Shown here: positions 1-9,460 of the stretch, one piece after another | Numbering within the stretch: position 1 is the stretch's first letter | How the letters are laid out: each line of letters opens with the position of its first letter | Assembly: GCA_963712295.1 (NCBI GenBank) | Contig: CAVQHM010000029.1 | Location: forward strand, 63,704 to 127,703 | Reading direction: 5' to 3' | Source of the DNA: an uncultured Acidobacteriaceae bacterium | GTDB taxonomy: Bacteria > Acidobacteriota > Terriglobia > Terriglobales > Acidobacteriaceae | DNA length: 64,000 bases | Translations under genes and position numbers: made by a program | The notes under the pieces: generated by a model | Database searches by the model: none | Seen by the model: only the letters and a program-made list of their open reading frames with translations | What the model was told of the DNA's origin: nothing

Positions 1-1568
1 GGGCGAAGAAAGAATCCCAAACGTCGGGCTGCATCTGCTTCACGCCCAGCGATAGGCGCCGCTTGTCTGGTTCAATGGCTAGGATGACGGCCTTGACCTT
101 GTCGCCCTTCTTCAGCACCTCAGATGGATGTTTCACGCGGGTAGTCCAGCTCAAATTGCTGACATGCACCAGCCCGTCGATTCCGTCTTCGATTTCAATG
201 AAGGCGCCAAACTCGGTCAGGTTGCGCACCCGGCCCTCGACCGTCGCTCCCACTGGATATTTGTCGTGCAACGTATCCCAGGGGTTGGAGGCGAGCTGCC
301 TCATGCCCAGCGAAATCCGGCGTTCGGTCGGATTCACGCTCAAAACTACACAGTCTACTTCGTCGTTGACGTTGACCAGCTTCGACGGATGCTTCATCCG
401 TTTCGACCAGGTCATTTCGCTGACGTGAACCAGGCCCTCGATGCCCTGCTCCAGTTCGACGAAGGCTCCGTAGTCGGTGACGCTGATGACGCGTCCGTGG
501 ACGTGCGCGCCCACGGGGTAACGGTGCTCCGCATCCAGCCACGGGATCGGGGGTGAGTTGCTTGAAGCCGAGCGAGACGCGCTGCTTGTCTTTGTCGTAC
601 TTCAGCACCTTCACCTGAATCTGGTCGCCGACATTGACCAGATCGCGCGGGTGCGTCAGGCGTCCCCACGACATGTCGGTGATATGGAGCAGGCCGTCAA
701 TTCCGCCCATATCCACAAACGCGCCATACTCGGTCAAATTCTTGACGATGCCGGTGAGCACGCTGCCTTCTTGCAGATGCTCGAGCGTTTTACCGCGCTT
801 CTCGTTCTGCTCTTCTTCCAGAAGCTGCTTGCGCGAGACCACGATGTTGCCGCGCTTCTTATTCAGCTTGATGATGGCGACTTCCATCGTCTGGCCCTTC
901 ATGCCATCCAGATTCCGGATGGGACGCAGGTCCACCTGCGAGCCCGGCAGAAAGGCGCGAGCGCCCTGAATGTCGAGAGTCAGTCCGCCCTTGATGCGTT
1001 CCACGACGACGCCCTTGATCGGCTTCTTGTCGTTGTAGGCGCGCTCAATCTCGTCCCACGAGCGCAGCCGCTGCGCCTTCAGGTGCGAGAGGTTAACGTA
1101 GCCCTCTTCGGTTTGGCCCTTCTCCCGCAATACGTCGATCTCGGCGCCGGGCTGGAACTTTGGCTTGCCCTCGTGATCGAGAATTTCCGTAAGCGGCAAC
1201 ATGCCTTCGGATTTCGCCCCGATGTCGACGACGACGTGGGTCGCGGTCAGTTTCACGACCGTGCCCTTGATGACGTGGTCGTCGCCCACCGCTTCCTCGG
1301 TTTCGGTCTCAAAGCTTTGCAGCGCGGCGGCGAAGTCATCGGCGGCGGCCGCGGCATTCTCGTGAGCGGGAGTTTCAGAAGTGAGGTCTTTCGGAGCTTC
1401 GCTTCCAGGAACGTCAGGGGCGGAAGCCAGTGGTTCCGCGGAAGAGGGTTGTGCCTGCTCGGGAGCGTCTACTACGGCCGAGCCGCCGGTGTGGGAGTCG
1501 TTGGAAGATGTCATGGTTTCAATACTGGATTCAGGATTGCGGACGGTGGTGTCGTCGAACAAGTTCAT
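1..1568 (-). CDS. rpsA: 30S ribosomal protein S1; 3' end beyond window; reading frame broken by one extra base near 542
   Basis: ORF 195..1568 shows successive S1 OB-fold motifs (VIKGTVVKLT, GGLTLDIQGARAFLPGSQVD, GAFVDMGGIDGLLHITDMSW). Below about 541 the neighbouring minus frame continues WLDAEHRYPVGAHVHGRVISVTDYGAFVELEQGIEGLVHVSEMTW... to position 1. Confidence 0.9.
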
Positions 1569-1810
1569 AGCCTCTGCGTCGACGCGCGTTTGGGCGCGAC
1601 ATGCGGGACGTGGCCTAGCGGACTGCTGGTGTGCTCTTTAGGTTGCGTTGAGGCCGACCTGGCGGACGACCCTAGGACAATTCCAGCTGGTTCGAAATCA
1701 CGTCCAACAAGGACTCTCTGACTATAGCAACCGCGTTGGAACAGTGTCAAACGCGATTCGGGGCGCCCACTACCACAATTCTTATTCCGTTCACAATAGA
1801 AATGGCCCTG

Positions 1811-1952
1811 GCAGCTTGCGGAAAAAGTCGGTGTTGAACTTGATTTTGGGTGGAGCAGCGCTTCAGCGCTGCAGTAAGTGCATTGTTTTGAATCCGGCTT
1901 TAGCCGCTGAGGGAACGGTTCTCGCTCACGGACAACTTTTTCCGCAGCCTGC
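1811..1952 (+). repeat. Family A intergenic element, copy 1 (about 140 bp with terminal inverted repeats)
   Basis: Ends GCAGCTTGCGGAAAAAGTCG and CGGACAACTTTTTCCGCAGCCTGC are inverted. The core GTAAGTGCATTGTTTTGAATCCGGCTTTAGCCGCTGAGGG is identical in copies at 42524, 48505 and 63538. Confidence 0.85.
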
Positions 1953-2054
1953 TAGGAATTCACCGGCGAGACGCCGAGTGTGCCGAGACGAGCTGGGGGG
2001 GTGACCACAAAGAGGGGAAACGAAGAACTTAAAAACATCGCTTAGAGAGCCCAA

Positions 2055-2096
2055 GAAGAACTCTTCGGCGAACTCGGCGTCTCGGCGGTGAAAATC
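2055..2096. repeat. Family F repeat (GAACTCGGCGTCTCGGCGGTGAA type) abutting the ddl stop
   Basis: Related copies lie at 3363..3405 (opposite orientation), 15285..15418 and 43749..43785. Confidence 0.7.
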
Positions 2097-3298
2097 TACC
2101 GGCTGTACTGATTCCGCTTCTTGTCCTCGTGCCGCTCGATACCCAACTGGATCAGCCGGTCGATCAATTCGGGATACGGCACGCCCGTCGCCGCCCACAG
2201 CTTCGGATACATGCTGATTGCGGTGAAGCCCGGCATGGTGTTGATTTCATTGACAAAAATCCTGCGGGATTTGGGGTCCATCAGAAAATCGACGCGCGCC
2301 AGGCCGGTGCAATCGACCGCTTGAAATGCCGCGATCGCCAGCCGCTGCACCGTTTTCATCTCCGCTTTTGTGATCTTCGCGGGAATGATCCCTTCCGAGC
2401 CCTCCGCCAGATACTTTGCGTCGTAGTCGTAGAACTCCTTGCAGGGAACGATTTCTCCCGCAACCGATGCTTTGGGATCGTCGTTGCCGAGCACCGCGCA
2501 CTCGATCTCGCGTGCCCTGTTCTTCTTTCCGCCAACCCCTTCTTCAATCACGATCTTGCGATCGAACTTTGCCGCTTCCGCGATGGCCGGGCCGAGTTCC
2601 TTCCGATCGTGCGCCTTCGAGATCCCTACCGACGACCCCAGGTTTGCCGGCTTCACGAAGACGGGATACTTCAGCTTGCCCTCCACCAGCCTTTCCACTT
2701 TCCTGGGCTCGCGCTCGAATTGGCCGCGCAACACGGTCGCGTGTTTCACGATGGGCAATCCGGCCGCGCGGAACAAAGACTTCATAATGTCCTTATCCAT
2801 GCCCGCGGAGGAGCCGAGCACGCCCGCTCCAACATAGGCGATGTCAGCCAGTTCGAGCAGGCCCTGAATCGTGCCATCTTCACCGAAGGTCCCGTGGAGC
2901 ACGGGAAAAATAACATCGACGTTGATGGCGCGATCGGCGGCGCGCCGCAGATTCGCGTCGGTCTGGAAGGGCGCAAGTCCGGCGTCGCGCCGCGACGGTT
3001 CGGGAGGAACCACCACCGACTCGCCCGTGGCCAGCAACGCTGCGCCCGGAGTAGCCCCCGGATCGCCCGCGCGAAGTTGCGTAGTTCGTGTGGCGCGGGC
3101 GCCCCCGCCCGCGTCTCCCTTCAGCAATCTCTCGGCGTGTTCCGCCGTGAGCCATCGGCCGTCTTTCGTGATGCCGATGGGAACCACTTCGTATCTTGTT
3201 TTATCGATTGCGTTCAGAACGGAAGCCGCCGACAGCAGCGACACTTCATGCTCGCCGCTGCGTCCGCCAAAGAGGATGCCAACCCGAAGTTTTGCCAT
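2096..3298 (-). CDS. ddl: D-alanine--D-alanine ligase (long form, with low-complexity insertion)
   Basis: N-terminus [27 protein letters not shown] and an ATP-grasp C-terminal half ([20 protein letters not shown]). 400 aa. Confidence 0.9.
   Translation of the reverse strand: MAKLRVGILFGGRSGEHEVSLLSAASVLNAIDKTRYEVVPIGITKDGRWLTAEHAERLLKGDAGGGARATRTTQLRAGDPGATPGAALLATGESVVVPPEPSRRDAGLAPFQTDANLRRAADRAINVDVIFPVLHGTFGEDGTIQGLLELADIAYVGAGVLGSSAGMDKDIMKSLFRAAGLPIVKHATVLRGQFEREPRKVERLVEGKLKYPVFVKPANLGSSVGISKAHDRKELGPAIAEAAKFDRKIVIEEGVGGKKNRAREIECAVLGNDDPKASVAGEIVPCKEFYDYDAKYLAEGSEGIIPAKITKAEMKTVQRLAIAAFQAVDCTGLARVDFLMDPKSRRIFVNEINTMPGFTAISMYPKLWAATGVPYPELIDRLIQLGIERHEDKKRNQYSR
3087..3116. repeat. Family E GC-rich palindrome inside the ddl reading frame
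   Basis: CGTGTGGCGCGGGCGCCCCCGCCCGCGT with stem CGCGGGCG/CGCCCGCG. The 28-nt core is identical to the intergenic copy at 13522..13549. Confidence 0.85.
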
Positions 3299-3362
3299 GA
3301 CATTTCAGTCTGGCTCCCGGCGTGTTTTCCGTCAATCGCAGCTTTGGTTCCAGCCGCTCGTA

Positions 3363-3405
3363 TCTCACCGCCGAGACGCAGAGGTCGCCGAGAAATTCTT
3401 TTGGG
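3363..3405. repeat. Family F repeat upstream of ddl
   Basis: TCTCACCGCCGAGACGCAGAGGTCGCCGAGAA, inverted relative to the copy at 2055..2096. Confidence 0.65.
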
Positions 3406-3438
3406 AGCTTGTGGCGAAAGCCGGGTCGCGGTGCCAGA

Positions 3439-3909
3439 TCAATCCGGGTTCCTCCGCGCTAGCGATGTATCCAACGGCCCGCGCCGCGATTCATTGAGTT
3501 GACCCTCGATATGCCTCTGAACGCGCTCCCACTCCGAGCGCAGCGTCATTTCCTTAATGGCGAACTTGGATTCGTGCCGGGCATCGTCCACGCGCACCGC
3601 CAATTCTTTGTTCTGTAAACGGAAATCGATGACTTCCGAGAGCGGCACCAGTTGATTCGACGACTTGCCCACGATCAAATACACAACCTTATCGGTCATC
3701 AGGATGTACTCCGGGCAGGCTCCCTCATCCGCTGGAGCTTGCGGCTGCCCGAACGTGGTCATAAAGCCCCGGTGCGTGAGCGCGCAGTCGCCCATGCGCA
3801 TACGAATCACGGTTCCATGTTGATAGATACCGAGTGGCGCGGCCAAAGCAACGGAAATGCCCGTCAAAACCAGGGCTAGTCGCAGTATGAATTTCAATTT
3901 CAATTTCAT
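3439..3909 (-). CDS. Hypothetical secreted protein
   Basis: 156-aa ORF with N-terminal signal-like [25 protein letters not shown]. No family recognised. Confidence 0.6.
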   Translation of the reverse strand: MKLKLKFILRLALVLTGISVALAAPLGIYQHGTVIRMRMGDCALTHRGFMTTFGQPQAPADEGACPEYILMTDKVVYLIVGKSSNQLVPLSEVIDFRLQNKELAVRVDDARHESKFAIKEMTLRSEWERVQRHIEGQLNESRRGPLDTSLARRNPD

Positions 3910-3933
3910 AAGTCTCCAATCGGCAGTCTCCCA

Positions 3934-4935
3934 TCAACGAAGGCTGGGTTCATCGTAGTACCGGTTCCGGCTATGGAATCTGAGGGTGACGTTGTGGGTT
4001 GGCATCAGGCGCAGAGAATGAAATCCAGCCTGCTGGCTGGGCAGATCGTAGGTCACCACGTAGGAGGCGCGCAGGTCCTCGAGCACCGTGTTCATCACGT
4101 TTGCGACGCCGTCTTGCAGGGAAAAATACCGCCCCCCGCTCGCATCCGACACTTGCCGCAGGAACATGCTGCCCGCCGACGGATTCGCCGGCTTCCCCGT
4201 ATCCAGCTTCACCATATCCACCGAGTAGATCAGGGCGCCACCGGCCGTTACGGCGTCCAGCGCCTCGCGTGCAGAATGCAGGCTGATGGTGTCGTTGCCG
4301 TCCGAGAACAAAACCAGCACCGGCCTCGCCCCGGCGCGGCGATGGTGCGAGATGAAATCGGACGCGAAGATCAAAGCGTCGAACAGCGGCGTCGTACCGC
4401 CGCCCTTCACCGTGAGGAGCCTACTCACGGAATCGGAAGCGTGGCAACCGCTCGCGCACAGGATGGCAGGCCGGATTTCACCCGACGCCGTTCTGGACGC
4501 CGCTCCGGACGTCGCTCCGAATTCCGCTCCAAAATACAGAACGGCGACGTTATCATCGGCGATCGACTGCTCCCGCGCAACCAGTCGCTCCACCTCGCGA
4601 ACGGCGACTCGAAAGCGCGGCGCTACCGATTCGCTCAGGTCGACCAGCGCAACCACGTCCAGCGAGGTTTCATCGGCAGCGGTGAAGCTCCGGAAATTGC
4701 GAATCACGAGGCCGTTGTCCACCACCGCAAAATCCGACTTGGTCAAGGCCGCGACCGGACGATTGTTTCCGTCGGTGGCGAAGAATGTAACCCGGACTTG
4801 CGAGACGATGCTGCGGTACGTAGGCAGGTTTGAGGAATCGTCTGTGCTTTTGGCCGCCGCAGCGTAGCTCAAGACAGCGTACGTCAAAACAAAGAGCGCC
4901 AGCAGTACCGACCGAATGTGTCTACACGTTGCCAT
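3934..4935 (-). CDS. VWA domain-containing protein (acidobacterial VWFA-related type)
   Basis: N-terminal TM/signal segment, then MIDAS-like VALVDLSESV and later LVLFSDGNDTIS. The start at MATCRH is chosen over the upstream alternative at 4980. Confidence 0.7.
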   Translation of the reverse strand: MATCRHIRSVLLALFVLTYAVLSYAAAAKSTDDSSNLPTYRSIVSQVRVTFFATDGNNRPVAALTKSDFAVVDNGLVIRNFRSFTAADETSLDVVALVDLSESVAPRFRVAVREVERLVAREQSIADDNVAVLYFGAEFGATSGAASRTASGEIRPAILCASGCHASDSVSRLLTVKGGGTTPLFDALIFASDFISHHRRAGARPVLVLFSDGNDTISLHSAREALDAVTAGGALIYSVDMVKLDTGKPANPSAGSMFLRQVSDASGGRYFSLQDGVANVMNTVLEDLRASYVVTYDLPSQQAGFHSLRLMPTHNVTLRFHSRNRYYDEPSLR

Positions 4936-5268
4936 CGCTGCCTGTTCTAGTGTATCGGCGAACGTCGGGGCAATCCCCAATTACCGAAGTTACTTTTGGA
5001 GGTGACCAAAGGACGCTGCCGCACTCGACAACCCACGCAAGGAGAAAAGGAGAAGTAGCCAAGTCGGTGAAGATCTCCGCTCGCCTTCCCATCGGCGACC
5101 GGGACCACATTGCCACGCTCGCCTCCAAAATTGTTGTGGTACCGGGGTTCGGTTACGAAGCGGCAGGAGATAGAGGTGTCAGCCGAACCCACTCCCAGAA
5201 AAGCAAGTCCCTCGATCGCTTCCTGCCGAGAGATATAAATCTTCTATAAATCTTCCCTGCGGATTGCC

Positions 5269-5298
5269 TTGACACCACGATGAAAACGGATGTAAATT
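5269..5298 (+). promoter_or_regulatory. Candidate sigma70-type promoter (TTGACA-N18-TAAATT)
   Basis: TTGACA at 5269..5274 and TAAATT at 5293..5298, about 170 nt upstream of the ATG at 5467. Confidence 0.3.
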
Positions 5299-5466
5299 AT
5301 CGCGACTTCGAAGACCGGTGCCCGGCCCCTTCCCCATGGCACTTGGACCCAGAGGCTCTCATCGAGGAAATCTAAGAACGGGACCACAGCCTGGATACAG
5401 TTGCCAGGTTGCGGTTGTTTCCCGTTGATGGATGAGGATAGGGCTTCGCATCTCACAGGAGTGTGT

Positions 5467-7296
5467 ATGAATTTGAGGATTCGAGGAAAGAACGTCCTGC
5501 CGAAATGGTCCGTATTGCTGGTTGTTCTTACGGTAACCGCGGTTGCTGCAGCGCAACACAACAAGCCAAGCGCACCCGCTGCCCCATCGCATGCATCTGC
5601 ACCCCATGCCTCCGCTCCGGCCGCGCATTCCGCCCCAGCGCAACGTCCAGGGGGGAACCCCGCGGCGCAACGGCCCGGTGGAGCAGGCGCGAATAACCGG
5701 GGACCCGGTGGCGCGAACGCGAACAATCGCGGCGCGGCAGGCACGAACAACCGCGGGCCTGGTGGCGCGAACGCGAACAATCGCGGCGCGGCAGGCACGA
5801 ACAACCGCGGGCCTGGTGGCGCGAACGCGAACAATCGCGGTACGGCAGGCGCGAACAACCGGGGACCTGGTGGCGCGAACGCGAACAATCGGGGGCAAAC
5901 GAATACCAACAACCGTGGCGGGAATAATGCTAATAATCGCGGTGGGGCTAACAGTCCAAACAACCGTGGTGGCGCAAACAATGCCAACAACCGCGGCAAC
6001 GCGAACAATCGCGGCAACGCCGGAGCCAACGCCAACCGGCATCAGCCCGCGGGAAGCAGGCAGGTGGCCCTGAAGAGCGGTGGGCACGCGACTTTTCGTA
6101 AGGACGGCAAGGTTCGTTCCATTCAAACCGCTCACGGGATGAAGATCGAACACGGAGTGCGCGGCGGGCGGCACATCGAGAGCGTGCACAACGGACGCCG
6201 CGTGGTGAGCTACGGAAGACACGGGGGCTACAGCCAGCGCGCCTACTATCGCCACGGCGGCCGGGAATATTCCCAGCGAACCTACTATAGGGGCGGACAC
6301 TACTACGCGTATGGGTACCGCAACTACTACTATGGCGGCCGTCCATATTACGGTTACGCGCCCTCCTATTACTATGGTCCCGCATACTACGGATGGGCTT
6401 ACAATCCGTGGCCCGCACCGGTTTATTACAACTGGGGCTGGGGAGGGGCGCCCTGGTATGGGTATTACGGCCCTTACTATCAGCCCTATCCGGTGTATCC
6501 GACGGCTGCCTTTTGGCTGACGGATTACTTGATTGCGGCGAACTTGCAAGCTGCTTATGCGGCGCAGCAGGAGGCGGCTGCCGGAGGCGACAACGGCGAA
6601 ATGATGCCTCTGCAACTGGGGCCGGAGTCGTCGGATATGATCGCTTCGCTGTGGACGACCGATCCGCTGATTGCCGCGAACCTCGAAGCGGCCTATGGCC
6701 AATACATGTTAGGCGCAGCAGCACCGGCGGCGAAGGGCAATGCAACGGGGCTCAGTGCTGACGTGAAGAAGGAGCTTGCCGACGAGATGAAGAACGAGAT
6801 CGCCGCGGAAAAGGAAGCGGCGGCAAACGGTCAGAAGGATGCTCCGAGCGGGGACCAGGTACCGGCGGCGCTCGATCCCAACATCCGCATCTTCGTAGTC
6901 TCCACCGACGAGGATCTGACCACGTCGGATAGCGTGGAGTGCTCGCTTACTCCTGGCGATGTGGTCTATCGTACCGGCGACAAACCGGACGATGACAACA
7001 TGGTTGACGCAACCGTAAAGAGCAGCAAGAAGGATGAGTGTGCGGTCGGCGCCACTGTAGGAGTGTCCGTCGATGACCTGCAGGAGATGCACAATCAACT
7101 GCGGATCCAGATGGATGCTGGACTGAAGGAGTTGGCCGACAAGCAAGGGAAGAACGGATTACCAGCCGCCCCCGACACCAAGACGCAGGCTGGGGAAGTC
7201 CCCGCACCAACGCCGGACACGAACGTGGAGAACGACTTGAAAGCGCAACAACAAGAAGCCGACCAGGCGGAGGCGGAAGCCAAGCAGTCGCAGTAA
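5467..7296 (+). CDS. Secreted low-complexity protein with NNRG repeats and a Tyr/Gly-rich segment
   Basis: Signal peptide MNLRIRGKNVLPKWSVLLVVLTVTAVAAAQ, then more than 15 NNRG repeats and a Y/G/P/W-rich block (YYRGGHYYAYGYRNYYYGGRPYYGY). The motif LIAANL(Q/E)AAY is duplicated, followed by an acidic coiled C-terminus. Confidence 0.75.
   Translation: MNLRIRGKNVLPKWSVLLVVLTVTAVAAAQHNKPSAPAAPSHASAPHASAPAAHSAPAQRPGGNPAAQRPGGAGANNRGPGGANANNRGAAGTNNRGPGGANANNRGAAGTNNRGPGGANANNRGTAGANNRGPGGANANNRGQTNTNNRGGNNANNRGGANSPNNRGGANNANNRGNANNRGNAGANANRHQPAGSRQVALKSGGHATFRKDGKVRSIQTAHGMKIEHGVRGGRHIESVHNGRRVVSYGRHGGYSQRAYYRHGGREYSQRTYYRGGHYYAYGYRNYYYGGRPYYGYAPSYYYGPAYYGWAYNPWPAPVYYNWGWGGAPWYGYYGPYYQPYPVYPTAAFWLTDYLIAANLQAAYAAQQEAAAGGDNGEMMPLQLGPESSDMIASLWTTDPLIAANLEAAYGQYMLGAAAPAAKGNATGLSADVKKELADEMKNEIAAEKEAAANGQKDAPSGDQVPAALDPNIRIFVVSTDEDLTTSDSVECSLTPGDVVYRTGDKPDDDNMVDATVKSSKKDECAVGATVGVSVDDLQEMHNQLRIQMDAGLKELADKQGKNGLPAAPDTKTQAGEVPAPTPDTNVENDLKAQQQEADQAEAEAKQSQ
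5707..5895 (+). repeat. 54-bp tandem repeat (about 3.4 copies) inside the CDS
   Basis: GGTGGCGCGAACGCGAACAATCGCGG... restarts at 5707, 5761, 5815 and 5869. It encodes GGANANNRGAAGTNNRGP. Confidence 0.9.
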
Positions 7297-7462
7297 AGTT
7301 GGCTGGCAAGGCTGAATCGTTGGAGTCGGGGAGCGGCGCACGATCAAGGCGGCGACGCTCCCCGCTTTCCGCAGCAAACGCTTTTGCACAATAGAAAGCA
7401 CCAAACGCACGCTCCGACCCACTCGGGAATGAGAGCGGCATCTTCACAGGAGGAAGGTTGCA

Positions 7463-8296
7463 ATGCGTCCGAGAATGGAAATAGCCGTCCTGGTCGTCGC
7501 TGTGATTGCTTTGGGAATCATGCCTTGCCGGGTGTCTGCGCAAGGTGTTCCGTTGGAAGATCAGCTCAAAGCGCAATATACGCTGGTGAAGATGGGTTCG
7601 GACACGGGCGGAGCCGCAGTCGTGGACCAGGGCACCATCCTGGTCATCAAGAAGGGCGGAATCCTCAGCGTGCCCTACGGAGACCAGGCCGTCGCTCCCA
7701 CGCACTACCAGAACGGAACGGTTCATTCCCCCAACAACATGATGATGAAGGGCATCGGCTTTGGCATGAAGAAATTTGGCAAGGAGCAAACCACGCGTCT
7801 GATGCAGACGGGAGAAAAGGTCTATCCCTCGAAGGTTGCCGTCAATCTGCCCAAAGATGAGGTGGAGATCGGCATCATCGCTTGCGATTCCTGTAACAAC
7901 ACCAGTCCCACGACATTCTATAAGGCTGACGTGATTTTCCAGTTCCCCAAGGGAACGTTGGCGAATACCAGCCCCTCGCAAGTAGAAGATACGATCGCCG
8001 GACTGCTTGCCATCGATGACAGTGGCGGCGACCAGGGCGGACAGCAGGGTAGCAATGGCAATGGTAATAGCAATGACCAGCAAGGCGGCAATCAGCAGGG
8101 TGGAGGTGGAGGGCAAGCGCAACAACAAGCGCCTCCGCCCGAACCCCAGCAGATCGAAAAGGGTCAGACCCCCGATCAAGTGAAAGCCGCGCTCGGAACG
8201 CCAGACAAGATCGTCAATCTGGGTTCAAAGCAGATCTACGTCTACAAGGATCTCAAGGTTACGTTTCTCAATGGAAAAGTTTCGGACGTGCAGTGA
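7463..8296 (+). CDS. Hypothetical secreted protein with Gly/Gln/Asn-rich linker
   Basis: GGAGGAAGG Shine-Dalgarno sequence before the ATG. Signal-like MRPRMEIAVLVVAVIALGIMPCRVSAQ. The C-terminal segment EKGQTPDQVKAALGTPDKIV resembles a small BamE/SmpA-like module (weak). Confidence 0.65.
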   Translation: MRPRMEIAVLVVAVIALGIMPCRVSAQGVPLEDQLKAQYTLVKMGSDTGGAAVVDQGTILVIKKGGILSVPYGDQAVAPTHYQNGTVHSPNNMMMKGIGFGMKKFGKEQTTRLMQTGEKVYPSKVAVNLPKDEVEIGIIACDSCNNTSPTTFYKADVIFQFPKGTLANTSPSQVEDTIAGLLAIDDSGGDQGGQQGSNGNGNSNDQQGGNQQGGGGGQAQQQAPPPEPQQIEKGQTPDQVKAALGTPDKIVNLGSKQIYVYKDLKVTFLNGKVSDVQ

Positions 8297-8324
8297 GGGG
8301 GAGTCCTGCTAAACATCTCATCAT

Positions 8325-8403
8325 TGTCATCCTGAGCGAAGCGAAGGATCTGCTTTTTGCTGGCGCAGGAGACAGCAGGTCCTTCGCTTCGCTCAGGATG
8401 ACA
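8325..8403. repeat. Family B hairpin (TGTCATCCTGAGCGAAGCGAAGGA ... TCCTTCGCTTCGCTCAGGATGACA)
   Basis: Long inverted repeat between convergent genes. Related copies at 37460..37539, 60548..60577 (half copy) and 63079..63138 (half copy). Confidence 0.85.
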
Positions 8404-8426
8404 AGTCTTAAAGGCGTACGCATCCG

Positions 8427-9371
8427 CTAGAGTATCTTCTTCCCGAACGCTGAGAGGGCCAGCTCGACCGCCAGGTCGGCGGTCTGATTGCGCTCGTCGA
8501 TGACGGGATTTACTTCCACGATTTCAAAACTCAACATGCGTCCATGGTCGGCGATGATCTCCATGGCAAGGTGCGCCTCGCGATACGTGGCGCCGCCCCA
8601 GACTGGAGTGCCCACTCCAGGCGCGTCTTCAGGATCGATCCAGTCCATGTCGAGCGAGACGTGATAGCCGGCGGTGCCGTGTCCAGCCATGCGGAGGGCT
8701 TCCTCCATGACGGCGCGCATGCCGCGCTCGTCGATATCGCGCATGGTAAAGACTTGGACTCCGGATTGGCGTATGTGTTCTTTTTCGAAGTGGTCAACAT
8801 CGCGGATGCCGACCAGCACGCAATTTTCCGGCCGCACTTTGGGCGAGAAATCGTAAATCCTGCCCAGTTCGACCGGAGGCAGGCCCATGAGCGAGGCGAG
8901 CGGCATGCCGTGCACATTGCCGCTGGGGGAAGAGTCGGGAGTGTTCATGTCGGTGTGGGCGTCGATCCAGAGCAGTCCGATTTTCTGGTTCTTGCGGCGG
9001 TAGAACTCGGCCACGCCTGACACCGTACCCACCGCGACAGAATGATCGCCGCCCAGGACGAGAGGAATTTTGCCGGCTTCGAGCGTCCTCAATACCAGGT
9101 CGGCGCTCTTGGTGCAGGTGGCAGTGATTTCCTTGAGGTACTTGGCGTGGGCGGCGCCTGCTTTTTTCTGCTCGGGGATGGCGACCGCGATGTTGCCCGC
9201 GTCTTCGACAATGTGGCCGATCGCTTCGAGGCGGGCTTCGAGTCCGGCAACGCGGACGGCCGAGGGCCCCATGTCAACGCCGCGGCGGGACTGGCCAAGA
9301 TCAAGAGGAACGCCAATCACGCGGATCTGGCGCGGGGTGATGCTGGTGAACGTTCTGCTTCGTTGTGGCAT
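8427..9371 (-). CDS. rocF: Arginase
   Basis: Ureohydrolase motifs [28 protein letters not shown] and SLDMDWIDP. Confidence 0.88.
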   Translation of the reverse strand: MPQRSRTFTSITPRQIRVIGVPLDLGQSRRGVDMGPSAVRVAGLEARLEAIGHIVEDAGNIAVAIPEQKKAGAAHAKYLKEITATCTKSADLVLRTLEAGKIPLVLGGDHSVAVGTVSGVAEFYRRKNQKIGLLWIDAHTDMNTPDSSPSGNVHGMPLASLMGLPPVELGRIYDFSPKVRPENCVLVGIRDVDHFEKEHIRQSGVQVFTMRDIDERGMRAVMEEALRMAGHGTAGYHVSLDMDWIDPEDAPGVGTPVWGGATYREAHLAMEIIADHGRMLSFEIVEVNPVIDERNQTADLAVELALSAFGKKIL

Positions 9372-9377
9372 AGGACA

Positions 9378-9460
9378 AGTTCTCAGTTCCCAGTTCTCGG
9401 TTCCCAGTTAAACCCAGTCCGCAGATTTTACTGAGAACTGAGAACTGGGAACTGAGAACT
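9378..9460. terminator. Family C hairpin (GAGAACTGAGAACTGGGAACTGAGAAC type) directly after the asnS stop
   Basis: 31-nt arms at 9378..9408 and 9430..9460. Related copies at 18239..18325 and 50221..50245. Confidence 0.6.

Noticed and set aside
558-3502. Long plus-strand ORFs 558..1721 and 2129..3502
   Set aside because: They are antisense shadows of rpsA and ddl with low-complexity Arg/Ala/Gly/His content.
5244-8179. Minus-strand ORFs 5244..6035, 5359..6702, 5948..6745 and 6947..8179
   Set aside because: They overlap the repeat-protein and downstream genes on the opposite strand. They are generated by the tandem repeats and GC bias, and their Pro/Arg/Ala runs are not protein-like.
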